Assembly (NCBI GenBank): GCA_965207915.1
Contig: OZ242304.1
Span: forward strand, 1,965,581-2,029,580
Direction: 5' to 3'
Length of the DNA: 64,000 bases
Source of the DNA: Chloroflexota bacterium
GTDB lineage: Bacteria; Chloroflexota; UBA11872; VXNJ01
Shown: one piece after another, positions 8,809 to 17,323 of the stretch
How the letters are laid out: each line of letters opens with the position of its first letter
Numbering within the stretch: position 1 is the stretch's first letter
Position numbers and translations under genes: made by a program
The notes under the pieces: generated by a model
What the model was told of the DNA's origin: nothing
The model's input: only the letters and a program-made list of their open reading frames with translations
Database searches by the model: none

Positions 8809-10185
8809 TCAGGACCGGTCGCCGGTGAATTGCTCAAGTTCGGGGGCGATCGCCGCACTGGCCGATTCAGGCAGCAGTCGGGCGATCTCGTGCATGATCG
8901 CCCAGCTGGCCCAGCGGGCCGCGCGACCGCCGCGCAGGGCAGCCGGCGGACGCAACCGGAAAGGGGGCCCGAAGCGCATCGCCACCGATTCCGGTTCGGG
9001 GCAGGCCAGTTGCGAAAGATCCAGCCGTTCCAACCCGTCAACGACCGCCGGGACAACCGGCGCTCCGGACCGCAGCGCCAGCAAGCCGGCGCCCGGATAG
9101 GGACGCCCCAGGATTCCGTCGCGGTGGCGCGTCCCTTCGGGAAAAATGCAGACCGCTCCGCCATCGGCCAGGGCCTTCAAGCCGCGCCGCAAGCCGGTAG
9201 TTTCAGCTACGTTGCGCTGAACCGGGATGGCGCGCAGGGCGTGAATTGCGTATCCGATGAGGGGCCATTCGAAAAGGGACGACTTGGCCAGAAACTGCAA
9301 CTGGCGCGGCGAGTAGTGGGCCAGGAAGTTCACGTCGGCGTTGTGGACGTGGCGGGCGGCCACGATTACCGGGCCGTGTGATGGAACGTTCTCTAGCCCC
9401 TCGAGGCGGATGGGTTCGCAATAGAGGCGCAGGTAGACATCGAAAAAGGAAGTAACGGCGGTCATGAGCAGCGAATTCGCCAACGGCCACTCCGGACGGG
9501 CCTGGGCGCCGTTGAAGGCGGCCAGGATCGCCCTGGTCACCGCCCGCGCCGACAGGGACTCGGTATCAAGGATCAATGCTCCGGGCGGGACCCGCAGGGG
9601 CGAACTGGCGCGATTGGTGTCGAAATCGTCGCGCCGCTCGATTTCGCTGCGGACTTGGGCAACGCCGCCGGCAAGCCCGGCCCCGCCGCGGTGGTCCGAA
9701 TGCAGGCGGCGCGCCCGGACCGCGGCGCTGGCCCGCAGATAAACCTTCAGATCGGCTTCGGGACAAACGGTTGTCCCGACGTCGCGGCCAAGCAGCACCG
9801 CCCCATCGTGCAAGAGCGCACGCTGCTTGGGCAAAAGCGCGGTCCGGACTGCGTCCTGGCGGGCCACCAATGGGACCGCGCGTTCGACCTGGGCCAGATA
9901 AAGATGTGCCGTCGAGGAGCGCAGCCGGGGGTCCAGCAGGCGGCCGTTGATCCGGAGCTTTGGCCGGCTGCCCGGACTCAGGTCGGCTTCGAGTTCGCGG
10001 GCTGCGTCACGCGCGGCCGATCCGTCGCGCGGATCCTTGCCCCAGCGCAGGCATTCGTAGGCGACCGCGCGGTATACCAGGCCGGTATCAATCAGGCAGA
10101 GACCCAGCCGTTCGGCGACCGCCAGTCCTACCGTCGTCTTGCCCGAACCGGACGGGCCGTCGATTGTGATGATCGGGCTGGCCAT
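8809..10185 (-). CDS. cmk: Bifunctional cytidylate kinase / 1-acyl-sn-glycerol-3-phosphate acyltransferase (Cmk-PlsC fusion)
   Basis: The N-terminal ~225 aa is Cmk (P-loop [33 protein letters not shown]). The C-terminal ~230 aa is a PlsC-type acyltransferase (HxxxxD as HVHNAD; FPEGTR). Confidence 0.8.
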   Translation of the reverse strand: MASPIITIDGPSGSGKTTVGLAVAERLGLCLIDTGLVYRAVAYECLRWGKDPRDGSAARDAARELEADLSPGSRPKLRINGRLLDPRLRSSTAHLYLAQVERAVPLVARQDAVRTALLPKQRALLHDGAVLLGRDVGTTVCPEADLKVYLRASAAVRARRLHSDHRGGAGLAGGVAQVRSEIERRDDFDTNRASSPLRVPPGALILDTESLSARAVTRAILAAFNGAQARPEWPLANSLLMTAVTSFFDVYLRLYCEPIRLEGLENVPSHGPVIVAARHVHNADVNFLAHYSPRQLQFLAKSSLFEWPLIGYAIHALRAIPVQRNVAETTGLRRGLKALADGGAVCIFPEGTRHRDGILGRPYPGAGLLALRSGAPVVPAVVDGLERLDLSQLACPEPESVAMRFGPPFRLRPPAALRGGRAARWASWAIMHEIARLLPESASAAIAPELEQFTGDRS

Positions 10186-10238
10186 TCGCCGTTGTCCCTA
10201 GCTCATTTCTGGATAGTTGCGGCCCAGTAATTCTCCGA

Positions 10239-11915
10239 TTGGGTAGCCGGGATTCGTTATCAACCTCAATATCATTTGCTAGGTTTTTGCGCCCGGGAGT
10301 CGCAGTGGAATCCAACGTCTCGCTGGAAATCGCCCGTTATCTGCGCGGATTGGGGGTGGAACGCGCCTACGGCCTGCCCGGCGGCGAGGTTACCCACGTG
10401 ATCGACGCGATGATCGAAGTCGGAATCGACTGGGTGCTGGTGCACCACGAAGCCGCGGCGGCCCACATGGCCGACGCCGAAAGCCAGGTCACCGGCCGGC
10501 CGGCGGTTTGCGTTTCTACGGTCGGCCCGGGAGCTTCCAATCTTGTCAACGGGGTCGCCAACAGCTTCCTCGAGCGCAGCCGGGTGATTGCCATCGTAGG
10601 CGAATATGATGCCGCGGAACGATCCTCCATGGTCCACATGAATCTGGACCTGAAGGCCTTGTTCGAACCCATCTCGGCTTACGTTGAGCGCATTGACGCC
10701 GCAAATCTGGCAGCCACCCTGAGCCATGCCACCAACGTCCTGCAGGCGCCGGTTCCCGGACCGGTTACGCTGCTGGTTTCCGCCTCCGACCAGCGGGTGC
10801 CGACCGCCCCGCTCGACCTTCCGGCCCCGCTTGCCAACGGCCAGGTGCTTGAATCAGCGGCGGGGACCGTGGCCGATCTCCTGGAGGGCGCCAGCAGGCC
10901 GGCACTAATCCTGGGGGTGGGAGTCCGTGATCCGGACCTGATCGACAGCGCCCGCGCGCTGGTCAACGCCCTGGACCTGCCGGTGGTGATAACACCCAAG
11001 GCCAAAGGCTGGATTTCCAGCGACGACCCTCGCTTGGCGGGGGTCCTGGCTTCGTACGGCTCTAGCGGCTCCGAACAATTGCTTGCCGGCGCGGACCTGA
11101 TACTGGCGATCGGCCTTGACGGGACGGACTTTATCCGGCCATGGCGATTTACCGCGCCGCTGCGCCTGGAGCCGGCGTCCCGAACCGATCCGTCGGTGCC
11201 GGGCGAGCAAATCATTTGCGAATTGAACCTGACCCTTGGCGAACTTTGCGAGAGCGGCCTGGGCCCGTTCAGGGGCGTCCGCCGCGCCGCCGAGGCGCGA
11301 GGGCAGGCCGAGGTAGATCGCAGCGCCGGGACGCTGCCGGCGCGCACCCTGCCGGACCACATGCGCGGGGGCCTTGATCCGGTGGATGCCCTGCGGGCGA
11401 TCCGACGCGCCACTCCGCGGTCGGCAATTACGACTTGCGACGTTGGAATGTTCAAACTGGCCATCTGCCAGTACTGGGACTCTTACAGCCCGCGCACCTT
11501 CCTGGTGTCCAACGGGTTGTCCACGATGGCATACGGTCTTCCGGCAGCCAGCGCGGCCGCGCTGGCCGGCGATGAACCGGTCGTGACTTTGGTCGGCGAC
11601 GGCGGGCTACTCATGGGCGCCGGCGAGCTGGAAACCCTGGCCCGGCTGGACCTGCCGGTAACCGTGGTGGTCGCGGTCGACTCCTCGTTGGCGCTGATCC
11701 GCCTCAAAGCCGAGATCGACGATTTGACCGAGGTGCCCAACGACTTCTCGCGCGCCGATTACGTCGCCCTGGCCGAGGCGCTAGGGGTCAGCGGGCGCCG
11801 TGCCCGGAATCTGGACGAGCTGGAAGACGCCGTGGCGACCGCAGTCTCGTCCGGGCGACCCGCGTTGATCGAGGTCCCGGTTGATTACACGGCCTATCGA
11901 CGGATGGGTGGCTAG
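10239..11915 (+). CDS. Thiamine-diphosphate-dependent enzyme (acetolactate synthase / benzoylformate decarboxylase family)
   Basis: N-terminal TPP pyrimidine domain (GLPGGEVTHV, GPGASNLVNGVAN) and C-terminal TPP-binding GDGG motif (LVGDGGLLMG). The start may be an internal GTG. Confidence 0.75.
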   Translation: MGSRDSLSTSISFARFLRPGVAVESNVSLEIARYLRGLGVERAYGLPGGEVTHVIDAMIEVGIDWVLVHHEAAAAHMADAESQVTGRPAVCVSTVGPGASNLVNGVANSFLERSRVIAIVGEYDAAERSSMVHMNLDLKALFEPISAYVERIDAANLAATLSHATNVLQAPVPGPVTLLVSASDQRVPTAPLDLPAPLANGQVLESAAGTVADLLEGASRPALILGVGVRDPDLIDSARALVNALDLPVVITPKAKGWISSDDPRLAGVLASYGSSGSEQLLAGADLILAIGLDGTDFIRPWRFTAPLRLEPASRTDPSVPGEQIICELNLTLGELCESGLGPFRGVRRAAEARGQAEVDRSAGTLPARTLPDHMRGGLDPVDALRAIRRATPRSAITTCDVGMFKLAICQYWDSYSPRTFLVSNGLSTMAYGLPAASAAALAGDEPVVTLVGDGGLLMGAGELETLARLDLPVTVVVAVDSSLALIRLKAEIDDLTEVPNDFSRADYVALAEALGVSGRRARNLDELEDAVATAVSSGRPALIEVPVDYTAYRRMGG

Positions 11916-11950
11916 TCCGCCGCGTCTGGGGCACACGCCCGGATAGCACC

Positions 11951-13888
11951 GTCCTCCACCGTCCCGCGGCGACCGCTGACGGGGTACGTGCCGACCGACC
12001 CGCGTCGCGAGTCCGGCGCCTTCTGCTGGGCGTTGGGCTGGCGCTGGCGCTGGCAGTCTCGGCGCCGACTGGCGCGAACAGCGTCCGCGCCGACGGGGCG
12101 ATCCCCTACGACCCCAATCTGGTCCTGCGATTTGATGGAATCGGCAACGGGCACGGCGTCGGGATGTCGCAGTGGGGAGCCTACGGACGCGCCCTGGACG
12201 GGCAGACCGCCGAGGAGATCGTGCACGCCTATTACAGCGACGTTGCGATCGAACAGCGCGACCTGTCCCAGCAGCAGCTCCGGGTCCTGATATCGGACGA
12301 CTACCGCGCGCCCGCGGTCGATGGCTCATACGCCGGCAGCAACGGACTGCGGGGCCAGATCTGGGCCTGGGGCGGACCCTGGGAGATTGCCGGCCTGAGC
12401 GATCCGGTCGAAGCGGGCGGCCGGGTCGAGTTTTCCTCGTATCCGGGTGAGGCGAAGTACCTGGTCCAGATCTTCAATTCGCAAAGCGTGCGAGTCGGCC
12501 AGTTCGACATGTACCGCTGGATTCGACTGCGACCGCTGTCGGCCTCGACCACGTTTCAGGTCTGGTACAAGGAAACGACGCCGGTGCCCGGCGGAAATAG
12601 GGCGATCTACTACGACGTCTTCCGCGGCGGAATGCGGGTCATCGTCCGTCCCGGGGGCACTTTGCGGACGATCAACGAAGTCGATGTCGAACAATACCTG
12701 CGCGGAGTGGTCCCGGTCGAAGTGGTCCATGACTGGCCGCTGGAGGCGTTGCGCGCCCAGGCTATGGCGGCGCGAACGTTTGCGGTGAGCCGGATAGCTC
12801 GCGGGGGAGTCGACTGGGACGTCGACGACACCCCGTTCTCGCAGGTCTACATGGGCGTGAATGCCGAGGAGCCGGAGACCGACCTGGCCGTCTTTACCAC
12901 CGCCGGGCAGGTGATCACCCACAACGGAGCACCGATCAACGCGCTTTACTTCTCCAGCTTTGGCTCCCGCACCGAAAACTCCGAGGACGTATTCAGCGCC
13001 GCCCAGCCGTGGTTGCGGTCGCGCCCGGATGTCGACGCCGCCGGCCTTCCGTACGACGCGCTGGGCCCCTGGACCGGCTGGTCGACGTCCGAATTCGCAA
13101 TGTCGCACCTGGCCACGGCCCTGGCGGCGCGCGCCAATACCGATGTCGGGCAGCTGCGGTCGATTGACTTTTCGGACCGCTCCGAGTCCGGCGCGGTGCG
13201 GCGCGTGACGATCGCCGGCTCATCGCGCCAGATCACGGTCGCCGGAGAATTCTTCGTCCAGGTGTTCAATGTTCGAACCCCAACCGAACTGGGCCTGCTC
13301 TACAGTCACAATTTCGAGGTGGTAACGCCCGGCCGGACGACGCCGGTGGCCCTGATTCCGGGCCCGGATCCCGGCATCGAGGAAGGTTCCTTCTACTACC
13401 CGCAGACCGGCCGGACGGTATCGCCCCAGTTCCTCGATTTCTTCCGCGACGGCGGAGGCATAGCGACCTACGGAGTCCCTTTGACGACACCGCGCAACGA
13501 GGGCGGCAAGCTGGTGCAGTATTTCGAAAAAGCTCGTCTCGAATTGAATCCGGAGCTGGCCGGCACGCCCTACCTGATCACGCTGGGCCTTCTGGGCAGC
13601 GAGCTTACCGCGGGAGTTTCATTCAGCCCCGATCCGGCCAATACCGCCCAAGGCGACGCGTTCTTCCCTGAAACCGGCCACAGCGTGCGTGGCGCCATGC
13701 TCGACTACTTCCGGTCCAACGGTGGAATCGACCGGTTCGGATTTCCAATTTCGGGCCAGATCGCCCAGGGTGGACTGGTCGTGCAGCACTTCCAGCGGGC
13801 GCGCTTGGAGCACCCGGCCGGATTTCCGGATCAGGTGGTGGCGGCTAACGTCGGGTCGGAGTTGCTGCAAGGACTCGGCCGACTATAG
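11951..13888 (+). CDS. Secreted SpoIID/LytB-domain protein with two C-terminal LGFP-like repeats
   Basis: GHGVGMSQWGA is the SpoIID/LytB hallmark. The frame is open upstream back to a stop at 11945-11947, and contains a signal-peptide-like RVRRLLLGVGLALALAVSAPTGANS. The track's ATG at 12164 therefore truncates the gene, and a GTG start at 11951 or 11984 is likely. The C-terminus carries two ~55-aa repeats (GGIATYGVPLT...KLVQYFEKARLE and GGIDRFGFPIS...LVVQHFQRARLE). Confidence 0.65.
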   Translation, partial: VLHRPAATADGVRADRPASRVRRLLLGVGLALALAVSAPTGANSVRADGAIPYDPNLVLRFDGIGNGHGVGMSQWGAYGRALDGQTAEEIVHAYYSDVAIEQRDLSQQQLRVLISDDYRAPAVDGSYAGSNGLRGQIWAWGGPWEIAGLSDPVEAGGRVEFSSYPGEAKYLVQIFNSQSVRVGQFDMYRWIRLRPLSASTTFQVWYKETTPVPGGNRAIYYDVFRGGMRVIVRPGGTLRTINEVDVEQYLRGVVPVEVVHDWPLEALRAQAMAARTFAVSRIARGGVDWDVDDTPFSQVYMGVNAEEPETDLAVFTTAGQVITHNGAPINALYFSSFGSRTENSEDVFSAAQPWLRSRPDVDAAGLPYDALGPWTGWSTSEFAMSHLATALAARANTDVGQLRSIDFSDRSESGAVRRVTIAGSSRQITVAGEFFVQVFNVRTPTELGLLYSHNFEVVTPGRTTPVALIPGPDPGIEEGSFYYPQTGRTVSPQFLDFFRDGGGIATYGVPLTTPRNEGGKLVQYFEKARLELNPELAGTPYLITLGLLGSELTAGVSFSPDPANTAQGDAFFPETGHSVRGAMLDYFRSNGGIDRFGFPISGQIAQGGLVVQHFQRARLEHPAGFPDQVVAANVGSELLQGLGRL

Positions 13889-14021
13889 GGTCCGGAATTC
13901 CGGAAGCGGTCCCTCCGCAGCTGCCGGTGCCCGGATTCAATTGCGACCCAATACCCAGGCGATGGTGCGGTGATCGGTCTGCCAACCCGGTCGCCCTGAC
14001 GCCGGACCGGCCGCCAGCTCC

Positions 14022-15155
14022 TCAGAGGTAGTCGGCCAGCGGGGTCGCGGTCAGGGCGTGGTCGGGAATCTCGCTCGCGTGGCTGCCCTGAGCCGGGTAC
14101 TTGTAGACGTTCCCCTCGTAATTGGCCAGGGTTGCGTACTCGTCATCGAGGCTCAGCAAGCGGTTCGGAGCGACGGTCATCTTGCCGCCGCCGCCCGGGG
14201 CGTCAATCACGTACTTGGGCACGCCGAAACCGGTGATGTTGCCTTGCAGGTAATTGATGATGTCGAGACCGGCTTGGATGTTGGTGCGGAAATGATGGGT
14301 CCCCTTCACCAGGTCGGCCTGGTAGAGGTAATAGGGCTTGACCCGGATCTTGAGCAGACCCAACATCAGTTCCTTCATGACCTCGCGATCGTCGTTGACA
14401 CCCTTCAGCAGGACCGTCTGGCAGCCCAGCGGTATGCCGGCGTCGGCCAGTCTGTTGCAGGCAGTAGCGGCTTCCTCGGTCAACTCGCGCGGATGGTTGA
14501 AGTGCGTGTTGATGTAGAGCGGATGGTGTTTTTTGAGCATCTCGCAGAGTTCGGGCGTGATGCGCGAAGGCAGCACGCACGGCAGCTTGGATCCGATCCG
14601 CACGACCTCGATGCTCGGAATTGCGCGCAGCTCGGTCAGGATCCGGTCCAGGTGCTGATCCGAGAGCAGCAGCGGATCGCCGCCGGAAAGCAGGACATCG
14701 CGGACTTCGGGATGCGCGCGCAGGTAGTCGAAGACCGCCTCCATTTCCGACCAGCGCGGGACCGGGTACTTGCCGACCTTGCGTTTGCGGGTGCAGAAGC
14801 GGCAGTAGATGGCGCAGGTGTAGGTGACGGTGAACAAAACGCGGTCGGGGTAGCGGTGCGTCAGGTGCGGAACCGGCGAGTCCTCCCCGTCCTCGCCCAG
14901 CGCATCCTCCATGTAATAGGTAGGGTCGCTCAGTTCTTCGGACGATGGAATGACCTGCTTCCAGATCGGATCGTCCCTTTCCTCGATCAGGCTGGTGTAG
15001 TAGGCATTCGAGAAGAAAGGGTAGAGCTTGCGGACCGAATCGATTTCCTCGGCTTCCAGGGCGTCCACGGCGGGCGCATCCTCCCCGTGCCGCAGGCTGT
15101 TGCGCATCTCCTGCTTCCATTGCGCTACGGCTCGGGTCACGCTTGGTCCTTCCAC
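14022..15155 (-). CDS. KamA-family radical SAM enzyme (lysine 2,3-aminomutase-like)
   Basis: CAIYCRFCTRKR radical-SAM cluster motif; SPVPHLTHRYPDRVLF, GGDPLL and VRIGSKLPCVLPSRITPEL closely match clostridial KamA. It lacks the C-terminal Zn-binding CxCDxC tail of the long KamA form. Confidence 0.85.
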   Translation of the reverse strand: MEGPSVTRAVAQWKQEMRNSLRHGEDAPAVDALEAEEIDSVRKLYPFFSNAYYTSLIEERDDPIWKQVIPSSEELSDPTYYMEDALGEDGEDSPVPHLTHRYPDRVLFTVTYTCAIYCRFCTRKRKVGKYPVPRWSEMEAVFDYLRAHPEVRDVLLSGGDPLLLSDQHLDRILTELRAIPSIEVVRIGSKLPCVLPSRITPELCEMLKKHHPLYINTHFNHPRELTEEAATACNRLADAGIPLGCQTVLLKGVNDDREVMKELMLGLLKIRVKPYYLYQADLVKGTHHFRTNIQAGLDIINYLQGNITGFGVPKYVIDAPGGGGKMTVAPNRLLSLDDEYATLANYEGNVYKYPAQGSHASEIPDHALTATPLADYL

Positions 15156-15249
15156 GATCGGCGGATTGGTGGGCGCGGCTCAGGGGCAGGGCGTCCCGCC
15201 GCGCAATGTACCGCCGGTGCCCGCAATTGTCTTAAATGCCCCGGGGCGT

Positions 15250-16695
15250 TCAAAGCGGCGATTCGGGGTCCTGCGCCACCGGAGCCATCACGGCGTCGGC
15301 CATGCCGTGCAGGATCTTGGACGAGTCCGGGCAGGCGGTGGCCAATATCCCGGCCAGCTGGACGTCTTCGCCGGAATCGATGAAGTAGGGTGAAAAGCGC
15401 CCCCGCACCCGGCTATCGCGCAGCCGGTTCTGGTCCATATCGAACCATTGAACGCTGAATCTTCGGCTGGCAAAGTACGGCTGCAACACGTGCGGGCTTT
15501 GCTCGAATGCGACCATCGCCGCTTCGAGCGCATCCCCCCATTCGGGAGCCGGCACGTCGTGGCCGATCGTCACCCCGCGCGAACCCCAGGCCTGCGGAGA
15601 AAACCCGGACGGCTTGATCACCATGCGCCGTCCGCGTTGCGTGGCCCCGCAAAGGTCCCGCCAGCGGCGCACGGGCCGCCCGGCGCTGGTCAGCGGCGGA
15701 TCGATCGCCGCGAACGGGGGCAATGGGGTGGGATCGATGACCCAGGTGGGCGGCAAATGCTGCCGCAGCGCCGCAAAGGAGTCGTCACCCAGCTGGCGCT
15801 CCCAAAAGCCGGTCAGCTCGGGATGGTGGAACAGGGCCAGCAGCAGCTTTTCCTCCAGGGGCGCGCGTGGCGGAGGGGTGATGACCACCTGGCGCGCCTG
15901 CATCGCTTTGAACATCGACTCGGCCCCGGGTACGTTTTCCAGGTCGAACAATTCGAAGAACCGGTAGATCAGGTCGACCTTCGGGCCCCGCCCGGGGGCA
16001 CCAAGCCAAACGCCGGCATCGTCGAACTCCAGTTCATCCGGCCAAACCGCCCGACAGCGCAGCCCCAACCTGCACAATTCCTCGGCCAGGGCGGTCAATT
16101 CGGGGCGGTAGGCGTCGCCTTCTTCGGAAACGACGATCGCCACGAACGGATCGCCAATTCCAGCCTGGGCGACCAGACCGGACTTGAACGATTCGGCCAG
16201 GGGAGCGCCAACGCTCTCCAGTCCGGCCCGGGAGTACCCGTCGCGCAACGCCTGAAGCACTCCCAGACCGCCGGGCACCGAATCCAGTTCGGTGGCCAGG
16301 ATCGCTCCCTGCTCGGTCAGCATCAGGTCGGGCCGAATCACCAGCGGAAAGCGATTACGCAGTCGATTGCGGCGCGCCAGCGAAATCACGAATTCGGATT
16401 TGCCGGCATCCAGGAGCTTCGCCGGCCAGCCGGCCACGTTTCCGCGTACGCTGTCCTGGTAGAGGCGGCCCGCGGCGCGGTAAAAGTCCGCCAGCAGCGG
16501 ACCCAGGCGTTCGATCCGATCCAAAGTCGCCGGCGAGACGCCGATCGGTTGCGGGCTGAGCCGGAATGGCGCTCGCGATCCCTTTGCCCCGGACTCCAAG
16601 TCGCCGTATAGGCCGCTGGCCGGCAGCGATTGATCAAGGCGGGCGACCACTTCGCTGGGCGGCAGGGGGGAGGCAGCGGCGTTCGTCTGCCGCAA
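15250..16695 (-). CDS. Hypothetical protein with an ATP-grasp-like signature, possibly an amide ligase; co-operonic with the KamA-like gene
   Basis: 481 aa. RRMVIKPSGFSPQAWGSRGVTIG resembles the ATP-grasp K-loop/Gly-rich loop (vvKP..gs.G.gv). The remainder has no motif I can assign. Same strand as the KamA-like gene, 95 nt upstream of it. Confidence 0.45.
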   Translation of the reverse strand: MRQTNAAASPLPPSEVVARLDQSLPASGLYGDLESGAKGSRAPFRLSPQPIGVSPATLDRIERLGPLLADFYRAAGRLYQDSVRGNVAGWPAKLLDAGKSEFVISLARRNRLRNRFPLVIRPDLMLTEQGAILATELDSVPGGLGVLQALRDGYSRAGLESVGAPLAESFKSGLVAQAGIGDPFVAIVVSEEGDAYRPELTALAEELCRLGLRCRAVWPDELEFDDAGVWLGAPGRGPKVDLIYRFFELFDLENVPGAESMFKAMQARQVVITPPPRAPLEEKLLLALFHHPELTGFWERQLGDDSFAALRQHLPPTWVIDPTPLPPFAAIDPPLTSAGRPVRRWRDLCGATQRGRRMVIKPSGFSPQAWGSRGVTIGHDVPAPEWGDALEAAMVAFEQSPHVLQPYFASRRFSVQWFDMDQNRLRDSRVRGRFSPYFIDSGEDVQLAGILATACPDSSKILHGMADAVMAPVAQDPESPL

Positions 16696-16822
16696 TGCGC
16701 AGCGCTTTCTCGATTGAGGTTTTGGGGAGGCATGGCATTGTACGGGCCTATTTCCAAAGACCCCTCAAAATCGACCGCGCCGGCTTGACCATTAACACGG
16801 TTACTAACCTAGGGATGGCGCG

Positions 16823-17320
16823 TTGGCGGCCGGCGCGCCGCGTACGTGGCCGAACCTTGGCGGGAGGGATGAAATGCTGCTCGCGGCCCAAATACTGCTT
16901 ACGATCGCCACCCTTGGCTACAGCGCCATCCCGACGCTCGTTGACCTGGGTCCCACCCACGCAACAAACCCTTCATGGACCGGCCATGCGCGCTACCACG
17001 TGGTGTGGCAGGTGGCGAGCCTGGTGATCATGGCCCTGCTGGGTCTATTCCTGACTTGGACCGCGACCGGGCCGGGCATCAGGCTGTGGATCTCGGCCGG
17101 ACTCTGCGTTGTCGCCTACGGCGGGTTCTGGGCCGCGCTCCTGACCCGTCCGAAGTACCAAGGTATCTTGCAGGACGAGGTCAACGGTGTCCCCGAGGTT
17201 GGCTTCAACGTATTCGGCTTGAAGGCCTCGATCGACGCCAACGTGTCGCAATTTGCGCCGCTTTCGCTGATCGCCCTTATAGCGATTGGCCTGATCGCCG
17301 CCTTGCCGCCCGAGGCCTAG
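16823..17320 (+). CDS. Hypothetical small membrane protein
   Basis: 4 predicted TM helices. The more likely start is the ATG at 16874 (MLLAAQILLTIATLGYS). Divergent from the ATP-grasp/KamA operon. Confidence 0.4.
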   Translation: MAAGAPRTWPNLGGRDEMLLAAQILLTIATLGYSAIPTLVDLGPTHATNPSWTGHARYHVVWQVASLVIMALLGLFLTWTATGPGIRLWISAGLCVVAYGGFWAALLTRPKYQGILQDEVNGVPEVGFNVFGLKASIDANVSQFAPLSLIALIAIGLIAALPPEA

Positions 17321-17323
17321 GAA

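Noticed and set aside
13894-13907. Perfect 14-bp palindrome TCCGGAATTCCGGA between the convergent SpoIID-domain and KamA genes
   Set aside because: It could be a short bidirectional terminator hairpin, but the stem is only 5-6 bp with no flanking T/A tracts. It may equally be a restriction-site-like chance palindrome. Not called.
14058-15383. 441-aa plus-strand ORF
   Set aside because: It is antisense to the KamA-family gene, which has unambiguous radical-SAM motifs. A shadow ORF.
15448-16611. 387-aa plus-strand ORF
   Set aside because: It is antisense to the ATP-grasp-like gene, and its translation is a low-complexity Arg/Gly/Gln-rich sequence. The minus-strand product has a recognisable K-loop motif and is operonic with KamA.
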